Below, in pieces: positions 50,372-60,692 of a stretch of DNA of 64,000 bases; position 1 is the stretch's first letter, and every line of letters begins with the position of its first letter. The position numbers and the translations under genes are program-made. The DNA comes from a virus: IMG/VR virus record IMGVR_UViG_3300023184_007611, positions 1 to 64,000 of that record. One strand, 5' to 3'. The notes below the pieces were generated by a model. That model was given only the letters and a program-made list of their open reading frames with translations. It was not told the DNA's origin and searched no databases.

Positions 50372-51232
50372 ATGAGAAAAATAATTGTAATTTTTTTGTT
50401 TTTCATAATTGCTTCTACTTCTCAAGCTCAAAAATATAGAAGTATTTTACCGCCAAGCCCTCCATTTCCTCCTCCGTTAAACAATACAGTTCAAGCCCAA
50501 ATTGCCAATCAAAACATTAATTTTAATACTGGAAGTAGTTCTAGTGGTATTGGTGGTTTTGGCGGTGGATTCCAACAAAATATAGGCGGTATTCAAGGTA
50601 CTGCTCAATACACACAAAATAATACTCCAGGCATGCAAATTTCGCAACTTTATCAAATTCCACTTTCTACAGGTGGTGGTGGATTTGGTCAAGGTGGTGG
50701 TGGATTCGGTCAAGGCGGTGGTGGATTCGGTCAAGGCGGTGGTGTCAATACAACTTTTGGTGGCGGATTTGGACAAGGTGGCGGATTTGGACAAGGTGGC
50801 GGATTTGGACAAAGCGGTGGTGGATTCGGTCAAGGTAGTGGTGTCAATACAACTTTTGGTGGCGGATTTGGACAAGGTGGCGGATTTGGACAAAGCGGTG
50901 GTGGATTCGGTCAAGGTAGTGGTGTCAATACAACTTTTGGTGGCGGATTTGGACAAGGTGGCGGATTTGGACAAAGCGGTGGAGTTCAAGCAATTGGTGT
51001 GAATAATCTTTTTTATTCTATGGCAATGCAAGGTATTATGTCTGGTGTTGGTGGTTCAGCATTTCAGAGTGGCGGTGGTGGCAATATGGGCGGTCAAAAT
51101 ATGCGTGGCGGTCAATTTGGTGGTGGTAACATGGGTGGTCAAAATATAGGTGTTTTTGGTGGTGGCAATATGGGTGGTGGTGGATTTGGTCAATTTGGAG
51201 GTGGATTTAACAATGGTGATAATGGTCTATAG
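50372..51232 (+). CDS. Secreted Gly-rich repeat protein
   Basis: Signal peptide MRKIIVIFLFFIIASTSQA; GGFGQ(G/S)G and GVNTTFGG repeats. Confidence 0.8.
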   Translation: MRKIIVIFLFFIIASTSQAQKYRSILPPSPPFPPPLNNTVQAQIANQNINFNTGSSSSGIGGFGGGFQQNIGGIQGTAQYTQNNTPGMQISQLYQIPLSTGGGGFGQGGGGFGQGGGGFGQGGGVNTTFGGGFGQGGGFGQGGGFGQSGGGFGQGSGVNTTFGGGFGQGGGFGQSGGGFGQGSGVNTTFGGGFGQGGGFGQSGGVQAIGVNNLFYSMAMQGIMSGVGGSAFQSGGGGNMGGQNMRGGQFGGGNMGGQNIGVFGGGNMGGGGFGQFGGGFNNGDNGL

Positions 51233-51259
51233 ACATATATTGCCAAGAAAGATATTTCA

Positions 51260-51538
51260 ATGAAATCATTTAATTCATGGATGCATAAAAAAGAAAAAAA
51301 ATACAACTTTGATGATGTACTCAGATTGGCTAAATTAGCTAATGTAGATAAAAAAGAACTAAATAAATATGAAGAAAAACAATTAATTGATGGTATTAAT
51401 TCAGAAAAAGAACATGCAATCGGTAAATTTAATGTAATTGGTAAAAACGAAGAAAAAATACTTAAAATTGCTTTAGCTCACCTTGAAGAAGATAAAGAAT
51501 ATTATTCTAAGCTTAAAAATTGCGTAGAAAAGAAATGA
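51260..51538 (+). CDS. DUF5661-like protein with MKSFNSWM leader
   Basis: GINSEKEH...KIALAHLEEDKEYYSKL. Confidence 0.75.
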   Translation: MKSFNSWMHKKEKKYNFDDVLRLAKLANVDKKELNKYEEKQLIDGINSEKEHAIGKFNVIGKNEEKILKIALAHLEEDKEYYSKLKNCVEKK

Positions 51539-51550
51539 AATTTAATAGAC

Positions 51551-51703
51551 ATGCAAGAAAACATAGACTTTTATTACGATGACAATGGATTAATGGTGCT
51601 TACTAAGGAATTTTTATTAAAAAGAGGAAAATGTTGTAAAAGTGGCTGTAAAAATTGTCCTTATGACTTACATGAAGAAAATATAAATTTAAACAAAAGT
51701 TAA
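51551..51703 (+). CDS. DUF5522-like Cys-rich small protein (not in ORF track)
   Basis: FYYDDNGLMVLTKEFLLKRGKCCKSGCKNCPY. Confidence 0.8.
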   Translation: MQENIDFYYDDNGLMVLTKEFLLKRGKCCKSGCKNCPYDLHEENINLNKS

Positions 51704-51760
51704 TAATTTATTTGCTCAATAATGAATAAATAAAGTATAATTCTTCACATGAGGTGTAAT

Positions 51761-52264
51761 ATGGCAACAAGATGGATTGCTCAAAAAAACAAATCATCAT
51801 GTGGTCCAGTTGCTATATTAAATATATTGAAATGGCTAGAAGTAGAAATTAATTATAATAAAGATTATTGCAAATATAAAAGAAAATGTAAATGTACAAA
51901 AGAAGGAACACATCAGCCATATTTTGAAAAAAGCCTAAATAGTATTGTTGGAATTGATGTAAAAAGCAAAAATTTGCCAACTATAAAAGAAATAGAAGAT
52001 GCTTTAAATTCAAATTATATAATAATAATGAAATCAACATTTATGTTTGATTTTAAGAAAATAGAAGGACATTTTTTTATAATAAGTGAAATGACAGAAG
52101 AAAGTTTATTTTGCATAAATGACATTTATGGTCAACATACATGGTACAACAAACATATATTTGCACAGTATTATTTACAATATCACAAAGGATATTGTGA
52201 GGAATGTGGTACTTCTAAATTATGCGGAATATCGCCATATGCTTGGTTTGTTAAAAAAAAATAG
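51761..52264 (+). CDS. Peptidase C39-like papain-fold protein
   Basis: QKNKSSCGP, GHFFII, IND; GAGGTG RBS. Confidence 0.7.
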   Translation: MATRWIAQKNKSSCGPVAILNILKWLEVEINYNKDYCKYKRKCKCTKEGTHQPYFEKSLNSIVGIDVKSKNLPTIKEIEDALNSNYIIIMKSTFMFDFKKIEGHFFIISEMTEESLFCINDIYGQHTWYNKHIFAQYYLQYHKGYCEECGTSKLCGISPYAWFVKKK

Positions 52265-52283
52265 TTTAATTTAAAGCATGGTT

Positions 52284-52841
52284 TTAAACCTCTTTTTTTT
52301 TAAATAATTCATAAAGCTGTTCATAGTTCAAGGAATGGCAAAAATAATTCTTCAAGTGATATTCTATGTTTTTATTGTTAATATGAAACTGACCTTCACC
52401 TACACCACCTTTTTGTTGTTTATCACAATATGAAATACCACATCCTATATCATTTGATTTCATATTAAATATTAATATTTGATCTTCAAAAAATAACCCA
52501 TAATAAATTCTATCAAACTCTGCTGGTTTAACATGATTCATACTGCAATCAAAATTGTTGTTTGCATGATCTTTGAAAGCAATTATTTTATTGCCATCAA
52601 AAGAATTCTCAATGCATTCTATAACATTATCTTCTTTCAATAATGTTTTCCACTTTTCTCTTACAATTGAAAACTTTATTTCTATTCGATGACTAGAATT
52701 GCTATCAAATAAATCATGGTAATTGTTAATTGGAGAAGAATAGCTAAATAGTTTATTGATCATAATTTGACATAAAGTGCCAAATCTTTTATGAGGTAAT
52801 TGAAATATTCCTTTTTTAAAATCTTCTAAATTCATTTTCAA
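52284..52841 (-). CDS. PD-(D/E)xK nuclease-like protein
   Basis: HDLFD...RIEIKF. Confidence 0.5.
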   Translation of the reverse strand: MKMNLEDFKKGIFQLPHKRFGTLCQIMINKLFSYSSPINNYHDLFDSNSSHRIEIKFSIVREKWKTLLKEDNVIECIENSFDGNKIIAFKDHANNNFDCSMNHVKPAEFDRIYYGLFFEDQILIFNMKSNDIGCGISYCDKQQKGGVGEGQFHINNKNIEYHLKNYFCHSLNYEQLYELFKKKEV

Positions 52842-52915
52842 TTATATATTAAAAGTTATTTTTAAATTTTTAAAATTATGATATATATAAAATATATTAA
52901 CAAAAGGAACATATT

Positions 52916-53596
52916 ATGAAAAGTTTTGAAATTTATTTAATTGAACAAGATTTAATTCAAACCATCGGCATCTCAAGAAAACAATTGTATTGTGAAAGTT
53001 TATTAAAAGAAAATTTTCAAGTAAATGAATTTCTAAGTTTATTGCCATCTATGCTTGGTTTACTCGGATCAAGCAAACCTAAAGATGTTGAAAGTGAAGT
53101 AAAACAAAAAGATAAAAAATCATTTGTTATAGAATTTTTAAAAAGTGCTGTTAAAAAATTGGGATTGTTAGTTGTTATTGGTGCATTACTTTACTTAGGT
53201 GTAAAAACTGGAATAATAGCACAGTTATTAGGCTGGGCTGGGACTATAATTAAAAATATAGTTATGTGGATACTTTCTTTTGCTGGGGATAAAATTAAAG
53301 CAATGCTAGAAAAAGCTTATGTAGAATTCAATGGTTTTGTAGTTGATACTGCATCACAAATTAATGATAAAACTGGAGAAGCTGGAGAATATCTAAAAGA
53401 TCTATTCAAAAAAGGCACTGGAACATTTGGAAATCCAGATGTTGGTAATGCTTGGAAGAATCCACAAGAAACAGATTTTCTAGGAAGAGGCAGAACTATT
53501 TTAACTCCAAAAGAAGATCCCAAGCCAATAGATTGGGATGGAATAAATGATTTCTTTAGAGATAAAAAATTAATTGATCCAGGTTTGTTAAAATAA
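52916..53596 (+). CDS. Membrane-associated protein with MKSFEIYLIE leader
   Basis: Hydrophobic LGLLVVIGALLYLGV; paralog of 58133..58600. Confidence 0.75.
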   Translation: MKSFEIYLIEQDLIQTIGISRKQLYCESLLKENFQVNEFLSLLPSMLGLLGSSKPKDVESEVKQKDKKSFVIEFLKSAVKKLGLLVVIGALLYLGVKTGIIAQLLGWAGTIIKNIVMWILSFAGDKIKAMLEKAYVEFNGFVVDTASQINDKTGEAGEYLKDLFKKGTGTFGNPDVGNAWKNPQETDFLGRGRTILTPKEDPKPIDWDGINDFFRDKKLIDPGLLK

Positions 53597-53736
53597 TGAA
53601 TTTAAAATCATTTGTATCTTCAAAAGGATTTAAGAAAATAATATTAATATTATTTTCTATGTTTGTGCTATATTTTACATTGAAGTTTTTATTAGCAGAC
53701 TTAATAAATAATTGTAATTGTCTAGAGCATTAAATT

Positions 53737-54123
53737 ATGAAATTTAAACTTTGGTTTGAAGCTGTCAATCAAAATGTATATGATTTTATAAATTATTTTA
53801 ATAGACTTGGAAATCCCAATCCTTTAAGCGATGAAGCACATTATATAATAGACAATAGAACTTTAATAAAATACACATTAACTACATCTATAGAACCAAA
53901 TACAGTTTACTTTGATTCTCTTATTGTAATACCACAGAAAACAGGTGCTGGTACTAATTTCATGAATAAGATAATACAAAAGGCAGATGAGTTAAAAGTT
54001 AATATTTCTTTACATGCAATACCATTGCCAACAAAAGATGAATTAAGTAAAGCAAATTTGTATAAATTCTACAGAAAATTTGGTTTCAAAGGAACTGAAT
54101 ATATGACTAGAAAACACAATTAA
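53737..54123 (+). CDS. GNAT-like acetyltransferase with MKFKLWFE leader
   Basis: QKTGAGT.FM, ISLHA, LYKFYRKFGF. Confidence 0.72.
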   Translation: MKFKLWFEAVNQNVYDFINYFNRLGNPNPLSDEAHYIIDNRTLIKYTLTTSIEPNTVYFDSLIVIPQKTGAGTNFMNKIIQKADELKVNISLHAIPLPTKDELSKANLYKFYRKFGFKGTEYMTRKHN

Positions 54124-54428
54124 ATTTTATCATTTTGCTCATCTGTATCTAAAAAATAAAACATTATAAATGTAAGACCGTAAACTCCTGAAATATACGA
54201 AAAAATATAAGAGTTAAAAATTAATATTTCTAATGCACTTATAATATTAACAAAAGGAAAAGTAACGAATAAAAACAATGATATAAAATGAAGAATTTTA
54301 TCATATATTTTTAAATTTAATAATTCATGTTTGGATGTTAATATCCCAATCATGAATTTAAATGAATATATTCCAAGTAAAAAACTAGAAGCAGCAATGA
54401 TGTAGTTCATAAAAATAATTCCTTTCAA
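54120..54428 (-). CDS. Small multi-pass membrane protein
   Basis: Three hydrophobic segments. Confidence 0.6.
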   Translation of the reverse strand: MKGIIFMNYIIAASSFLLGIYSFKFMIGILTSKHELLNLKIYDKILHFISLFLFVTFPFVNIISALEILIFNSYIFSYISGVYGLTFIMFYFLDTDEQNDKI

Positions 54429-54513
54429 TTTTTACTATTCTCATATACTAATGAAAATAATTATGTTGTGCAACAACAATTTTAAAAATAAATTTAAAAT
54501 GATAGATATTATT

Positions 54514-54900
54514 ATGAGTTATTCACCTACTAATAATCAATCTTGGCTAGACCCTTCTGGAAATTTTCATCCTATTGATAGGAAAGATTCTGGAGATGGT
54601 TTTTTAACGCACGAACAATGGGCTAAAAATAAGGGATATAAATTAAAAGGATTATATAAAAAGGGATGGCTTAGAATTAAAAAATATGGTGATACATTGT
54701 GGGCGAGTAACGCTGAGAAAGTACCACCTAATTACAAACAAGAAAGAGAATTACAGAACTGGGCTAGTGAAAATCCAGTTTTTAAAAAAATTTCTTTTGA
54801 TAATGGAGAAAAAGAAATAATTATTTGGTCTAGATTATCAGAATATTACGAAGTAAATTTCAAAGAATGGTTTGATTCTAAAGAAAAAATAATTAATTAA
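54514..54900 (+). CDS. Hypothetical phage protein (WLDPSG..H..W..GWLR type)
   Basis: ORF, start uncertain (54451, 54499 or 54514); ends VNFKEWFDSKE. Confidence 0.65.
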   Translation: MSYSPTNNQSWLDPSGNFHPIDRKDSGDGFLTHEQWAKNKGYKLKGLYKKGWLRIKKYGDTLWASNAEKVPPNYKQERELQNWASENPVFKKISFDNGEKEIIIWSRLSEYYEVNFKEWFDSKEKIIN

Positions 54901-57245
54901 ATCTTATAATCCCTTGCTTCTCTTGTAGAATCTCCTCTGTATGCTTTATCAATCTGTTCTGGAGATGCTTGTTGCTGTTGCTGTTGTTCTGGGAATATAG
55001 ATTTATAACCTTCTTCTCCAACTTTATCTTTTATTAAATCTCTTGTAGTTCTTGGTATCTTTTCGTTTCCAATTGTATCTACAATAAATTTGATAGTTGA
55101 AATTGCATCATTATCTATTTTTTCAAAAGACCACTTTAATATTTTTGCAAATAAATTTATACTAGTATTTTCATGATTTTGACTTATATCAGAATGATGA
55201 GTATCTTTTTCATAACGATCAATATCTCTGGCATCGTCTAATTTTGAAGCAAAATTCTGAAAGAATCTTCTGAACATAACAATGTATTTAGAACTACCAC
55301 CAAGATAGCCTCTCATCTTTTGAATTAGATCTGGTATGCTATTAATTGGCATTTTATTTGAATAGCTGCTTAAAACATGCAATAAATTTATAATTTTAAC
55401 TTTGTCATCGTGAAATTGATAAAATTTGCTCTTCATACTATCATGGTTACTTAATATATCATCTATTAAAACTTGACATTTTGAACTTGATCTTAAAAAA
55501 TCAGTCAAAAATTTAACATTGTTTTTGTTTTTCTGTTTTAAAATTTCAGATATAAAATCAGAATTTTTACAAGTAATTAAATTTTTTATTTCATCCGTAA
55601 ATTCTAAGCTTGGATTTTCTTCATATTTTCTAAAAAAACTATAAGAAGTTGATATGACATCTTTAAAATAACCTTTAAATAATGTTTTGAATTCTGCTTT
55701 CTTATCTTCTGGAAGATTAAGATAATCATCTAACTTTATATAATTATATTTATCGTGATTACTATTATTTGGTGATATAAATCTAGTACCATCACCTTTA
55801 AACAAGGTTTTAATTTCTGTTTTTTTATCTTCTGGGAAATTTAAATAATCTTCAAGTTTTATTGAATTGCTTAACATTAAATTTGAAACATCATTTTTAA
55901 ACAAGGTTTTAATTTCTGTTTTTTTATCTTCTGGAAGATTTAAATAATCTTCAATTTTCATATTGCCATGTGATATATAATCTTTAATTTTATCGCCATA
56001 TTTTTCTGCCAACTCTTGTTTGTATTTTGGTGGCATGGCTAAATATTCTTGTGCTCCTAGCTGTTTATTTGGTAGGCCATTCATTCTTGCGTTAAGATAA
56101 TTTAATTTTAAATCTTTAAAATAAGGATTGTTAAGAACAAGGTTCAATTGCTTACCATGCAAAATTATACCAAGTGATACATGTATTTTTAAAAGTGGCT
56201 CAGATCTAGTTGTAACTAGAAAATTGAATTGTTCATCTGAAAGGGCGTGTCCTCTACTAAGATAATTCTTTCTTTCTTCATATGTTAAAGATTTGAACCA
56301 TTCTAAGTCAAGATTGCTGTTACCTAATTTTTCATGTTCTGATTCTTCTTTTGGTGTTTTTGGTTCATTTTTAAAGACAGTGGTATCAACGCCTTTTTCT
56401 TTTAAATATTTAAAATATAAATCTGGGTCTGATGTTATTCTTTTTGGTGTAGTTTCATATGGATCTTGCATGAAACCATTTGTTTGATTTTGTCCATCAG
56501 TAATTTCAATACCGTTTCTCGTAGCATCAACTACAACGACTTTAAGATCATCCCCAAGATTTCTTGTATTATCATAAACAAAGTAGAAAGTTGAATCTTT
56601 GGTATTCCTGTAACCATGAAATTGTGAATTGCCAGGTTGAGATATGCAAAACCTTTGGCCTCTACCAAGAATAATACACTTGTCAACTGCGTTAGCTTTA
56701 TAAACCTTTATCTTTTCATCTGGTGATTTTGCAATTAATTCTTGATCGCTTACATCCCCTGTGGTTTTTTGTAAGGTTTGGTGGAATTTCTTTTTTTCTT
56801 CATCTTCATTTTCGCTATTTTTAGAATGTACAGCAGATGCCCAATCAATATAATTTGAATATGGATTTCCTGTATCTTTGGGTTTCCCTATAATATAGTT
56901 CCCAGTTACAACTCCATTATCATCAAATGATAAAATAGGAAGTTGGTTTGCTATTACAAATTTATAATAGTCTTTTAAATCTTGAGAGAATTCTCCTTCG
57001 CCAACTGATGGGTTTGTTTTGTACACATAAGCTGCTGTTGGATAAATGTTTTTTTGTTGTGCTTCAGGAATGCCAGAAGCGGTAAATATCTTATTGAATT
57101 CATTTGTTGTTTTTATAATATTAGGATCAGTACTAAGAACAGGCTTGCCAGCATTATCAACTGTATTACCAAGTATTTTAAAAGCCAAAGCCTTTGGTTT
57201 TAATTCTTCTAATATTAATAGCCATTCTTGAAAATTAAAGTTCAT
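54897..57245 (-). CDS. Large protein with MNFNFQEWL leader, PcfJ-like segment and three internal 20-aa repeats
   Basis: KCIILG...FCIS...FYFVYD; DYLN(L/F)PEDKK(T/A)E(I/F)KTLFK x3. Confidence 0.7.
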   Translation of the reverse strand: MNFNFQEWLLILEELKPKALAFKILGNTVDNAGKPVLSTDPNIIKTTNEFNKIFTASGIPEAQQKNIYPTAAYVYKTNPSVGEGEFSQDLKDYYKFVIANQLPILSFDDNGVVTGNYIIGKPKDTGNPYSNYIDWASAVHSKNSENEDEEKKKFHQTLQKTTGDVSDQELIAKSPDEKIKVYKANAVDKCIILGRGQRFCISQPGNSQFHGYRNTKDSTFYFVYDNTRNLGDDLKVVVVDATRNGIEITDGQNQTNGFMQDPYETTPKRITSDPDLYFKYLKEKGVDTTVFKNEPKTPKEESEHEKLGNSNLDLEWFKSLTYEERKNYLSRGHALSDEQFNFLVTTRSEPLLKIHVSLGIILHGKQLNLVLNNPYFKDLKLNYLNARMNGLPNKQLGAQEYLAMPPKYKQELAEKYGDKIKDYISHGNMKIEDYLNLPEDKKTEIKTLFKNDVSNLMLSNSIKLEDYLNFPEDKKTEIKTLFKGDGTRFISPNNSNHDKYNYIKLDDYLNLPEDKKAEFKTLFKGYFKDVISTSYSFFRKYEENPSLEFTDEIKNLITCKNSDFISEILKQKNKNNVKFLTDFLRSSSKCQVLIDDILSNHDSMKSKFYQFHDDKVKIINLLHVLSSYSNKMPINSIPDLIQKMRGYLGGSSKYIVMFRRFFQNFASKLDDARDIDRYEKDTHHSDISQNHENTSINLFAKILKWSFEKIDNDAISTIKFIVDTIGNEKIPRTTRDLIKDKVGEEGYKSIFPEQQQQQQASPEQIDKAYRGDSTREARDYKI

Positions 57246-57949
57246 AAATTATATAGTGTTTTATAATAAAATGTATCTTCAAAAACAGGCAAATTAATAT
57301 ATTCGATTGCGGTTTTATAAAATTTATTATAAATTTCCATGTATAGAATAAATCTATCTTTTAAAGATTTCAAATGCCACTTATAATATTCATTATTTAA
57401 ATAAATTAATTCTACTTGGTCAAGGCAGTAATTTAAATTTTTATTGTTTGTTAATATTATTAATTTAAACCAATTGTTAGTTTTTTCTTTTATTAAATTA
57501 ATCATTTCTAATACTTTTATATCAACATTAGTGAATGTAATGAATATAATTTTGTTTTTTAATTCCAAACATTCTTTAAAATTTTTTATTTTAGTGTTGA
57601 AGCTATCAACTATAAATTCATAATTTATAATTTTATAGTCTTGCAAAGCATAGTCATGGTTAAATTTAAAATTATACTTTTTATTAACTAAATTTTCTTC
57701 GTCAGGCAAATAATTATATTCTTTTAGATAACTATGAAATTCAATTATTTTAATGCCATTGAAAAATAAATTTGATTTACTGTATATTTCTTCATAGTTT
57801 GATTCTTTTAAATATTCTAGTATATCATTAAAATTAAAAACCCCAAGTTGAAATAATTGCTTGTCTTTAATATTAAGAATATCATTGATTATGATGCCAG
57901 ATGCACAATCATTTCCAAAATGAACTAATCTTGTTTTTTTATCAATCAT
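57242..57949 (-). CDS. Hypothetical protein, possibly DUF1796 papain-like
   Basis: N-terminal HFGNDC and later FNHDY. Confidence 0.45.
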   Translation of the reverse strand: MIDKKTRLVHFGNDCASGIIINDILNIKDKQLFQLGVFNFNDILEYLKESNYEEIYSKSNLFFNGIKIIEFHSYLKEYNYLPDEENLVNKKYNFKFNHDYALQDYKIINYEFIVDSFNTKIKNFKECLELKNKIIFITFTNVDIKVLEMINLIKEKTNNWFKLIILTNNKNLNYCLDQVELIYLNNEYYKWHLKSLKDRFILYMEIYNKFYKTAIEYINLPVFEDTFYYKTLYNL

Positions 57950-57966
57950 AATAAATATATATAATT

Positions 57967-58146
57967 ATGGAAGAAATGATTGATTGTTATGAGTGTTCAT
58001 TTTGTAAATTAAAATTCAATTGTAATAGTTATTGGAAAGGCCAAGGAAATCCAAATAAATGCCCTGAATGTAACTGTGAACAATTAATTTATAAATATTG
58101 TGCAATAATATATTTAAATTCTAGGACTCCTAATGAAAACATTTGA
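57967..58146 (+). CDS. 59-aa zinc-ribbon protein (not in ORF track)
   Basis: YECSFC...KCPEC. Confidence 0.6.
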   Translation: MEEMIDCYECSFCKLKFNCNSYWKGQGNPNKCPECNCEQLIYKYCAIIYLNSRTPNENI

Positions 58147-58600
58147 AATTTACATGATTGAAGAAGATTTTTTAAGAACATATAATTTAAAAAGAAATGA
58201 ACTTTTTTTAGAAATTTTTGGGTTTTTTGATATAGCACCATCACAAGGACCAGCATATTCAAGAGAATTCGCAAGCAGGAAAAATACAAACCCAAGGAAG
58301 GTATTCATTTCTGATGATGATACCTTGTTTGATAAATTTATTCAAAGTGCAATGAAAAAAATAGGAACACTTGCGGTTGCTGGTGCTTTGCTTTTTCTTA
58401 AGTTTTCATATAAATCAATTTATCACATTCTTAGATTTGCTGGAAAAATATTGATAAAAATATTAAAATATTTAGGTGCAATAAGTGCAAATGTATTAAA
58501 CAATTTATATATTTCACTTAAAGATTATCTTAAAAAAAGCAACGATTTTACAGTTGAAGAAAAACAAAAAATAGAAGAAAAATTAAATAAAAATAAATAA
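58133..58600 (+). CDS. Paralog of 52916..53596 with MKTFEIYMIE leader
   Basis: FIQSAMKKIGTLAVAGALLFL versus FLKSAVKKLGLLVVIGALLYL. Confidence 0.75.
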   Translation: MKTFEIYMIEEDFLRTYNLKRNELFLEIFGFFDIAPSQGPAYSREFASRKNTNPRKVFISDDDTLFDKFIQSAMKKIGTLAVAGALLFLKFSYKSIYHILRFAGKILIKILKYLGAISANVLNNLYISLKDYLKKSNDFTVEEKQKIEEKLNKNK

Positions 58601-58616
58601 CTTAAAAGATATTAAT

Positions 58617-59273
58617 ATGACTCAATGTAGACCTGATGAAATTCAAGAAGATTCTTTGTATTTTGACATAGGAGCAAATGTAGGCAATTGGTCTTTGGCA
58701 AACATTGAAAGATGTGAAAAAATAATTGCTGTAGAACCATCAATAAAAAATTACGAAATATTGAGTAAAAAATGCGAAAATACAAATATTACATGTTTAA
58801 ACTATGCAGTAAGCAATGAAGATAAAAAAGAAGTTGATTTTTATGAATGCAAAAGCGATTATTGTCTATCAACAATAAATAAAGATTGGCTGTGCTCTGA
58901 AAATTCTAGATTCTACGGCAAAGAATACACTAAGATAACTTGCCAAACAATAAGCTTAGACAAACTAATAGAACAATATGGAGTGCCAGACTTAATTAAA
59001 ATAGATGTAGAAGGGGCAGAGCATTTGGTGATTTCATCTTTAACACAAAAAGTAAAAACCTTGTGTTTTGAATGGGCACAAGAATTTTATTTTGTAACAA
59101 AACATAGCATTAATCATTTAACAAAAATTGGATTCACTAAATTTCATGTTCAATTTTACGACAATTATATTTATATACCAAAAGAAGAAGAATACACAGA
59201 AGATTTAAAAATTATAGAAGAGAAACTAAACAAAGAAACAAATAATAATTGGGGCATGGTTTGGGCTATGTAA
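58617..59273 (+). CDS. FkbM-family methyltransferase
   Basis: FDIGANVG, AVEP, NYAVS, LIKIDVEGAE. Confidence 0.92.
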   Translation: MTQCRPDEIQEDSLYFDIGANVGNWSLANIERCEKIIAVEPSIKNYEILSKKCENTNITCLNYAVSNEDKKEVDFYECKSDYCLSTINKDWLCSENSRFYGKEYTKITCQTISLDKLIEQYGVPDLIKIDVEGAEHLVISSLTQKVKTLCFEWAQEFYFVTKHSINHLTKIGFTKFHVQFYDNYIYIPKEEEYTEDLKIIEEKLNKETNNNWGMVWAM

Positions 59274-59279
59274 ATTTAA

Positions 59280-60485
59280 TTACATAGCAATTATTTCTTT
59301 TCTGAAAGTTGAAAAAGTAGGAAATTGTATCCATTCCCCTTTGAAAAACTGCTCTTTTCCTAATAAATGATACATTATGACTATTGTTGAAAAATCATTA
59401 TTAAATAAGTAAGAATTATTTTCGTACTTATCATAAAATGATCTTAATATATTTTTAAAGTTTTTCCAAGAATCATCGCTGCAAATATCTTTAAATTCTA
59501 TTCTATCACTTAATATCTTATTCTTTAATGAAAACTCTGGTGTGCCTTGAAACCCAGCTAATAATGAACTCTTGCATATTATCTTTTTTCCAACTACCTC
59601 AAATGGAAAATAAAAATATCTCATTAATATTTTATCATACCTCTGATTTTTTAAAAGAGGAAATTCAAAAGACTTTAAAGCATTGCTTTTAATCTTATTA
59701 TCTATTTCATATGTTAATGGCATGTAACAACATAAAAGATGTTGATTACCACTAAATCCACAAAAATCAAAATGTGTATGCGAAAAAAATTCAGATAATG
59801 CATCCATCTTTATGTGATCTAACTCAGCATTTAGAAAACTTAAATTAAAACTCTTTATTTCCTTTTCTGAAAATATCCTTTCTGAAATCCTATCTAAAGA
59901 ATGTTTTGTTAAATAAATCTCATATTTATCTCCTTCTGCATTTATCTCTTTTAAATGCTTAAACAAAGTTCCATTTTCCGTTTTTAAAGATTCAATCTTT
60001 AAAAACTTAATATAAACTTGGTTGTTTAAAAAGCCTAATGTAAAAAAATAATAAGGAAAAAAATTCTTAAAGTTGCTATTCTTCAGCAAGTAACTAGTAA
60101 TACATGATGTTGTTAATTGCAACATAGCAAACAAGAATTTCCTAGTGTCAAATTTATAATCAGCTTTAAATTCTATTAATAATTTTTGAATAACTTGTTT
60201 CTCTAAGATTTTAATTGTTGTGTGACTACTAGGGCCGAAATTAGGATCAAAGTTACTTAATCTTATGATTTTTAAAAATTCATAAACTACCTTCTCATGG
60301 CTAGTTTTATCCTTTTTTTCACTTAACTCAACGAGCATTTTTCTATATGTTTTTTTAAAAACAACAGCTATGTTTAGGGGTGCTTTATCTTCTGAAAATA
60401 ATTCTAAAGAACAAAATTTATTGAAAAAATCCTTCTCCAATAAATCTTTTTTTAATTTCTGTTTCCTTTTCATCTCTTTTGACAT
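59280..60485 (-). CDS. Hypothetical protein
   Basis: Start moved to ATG 60485 with AAGGAG RBS. Confidence 0.65.
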   Translation of the reverse strand: MSKEMKRKQKLKKDLLEKDFFNKFCSLELFSEDKAPLNIAVVFKKTYRKMLVELSEKKDKTSHEKVVYEFLKIIRLSNFDPNFGPSSHTTIKILEKQVIQKLLIEFKADYKFDTRKFLFAMLQLTTSCITSYLLKNSNFKNFFPYYFFTLGFLNNQVYIKFLKIESLKTENGTLFKHLKEINAEGDKYEIYLTKHSLDRISERIFSEKEIKSFNLSFLNAELDHIKMDALSEFFSHTHFDFCGFSGNQHLLCCYMPLTYEIDNKIKSNALKSFEFPLLKNQRYDKILMRYFYFPFEVVGKKIICKSSLLAGFQGTPEFSLKNKILSDRIEFKDICSDDSWKNFKNILRSFYDKYENNSYLFNNDFSTIVIMYHLLGKEQFFKGEWIQFPTFSTFRKEIIAM

Positions 60486-60692
60486 GGCAAACTCCTTTAC
60501 CAAAGTAATATTTATTATTATTATGATTGTGCATGACAAAGACAAGATTTAAATTTTTTTTTTAAGTATATAATTTAAATATTAACTTAATCCAAGGGAT
60601 ATATTTAAAATTAATCTTCAATTAATTTTACTTAATATTTAATTGAAACATAAAATTTAAAAATTAGATATATTTTTTATTTTTTCTAAATT

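Noticed and set aside
50477-51031. Alternative-frame and antisense ORFs over the Gly-rich gene
   Set aside because: Repeat-induced open frames with no supporting signals.
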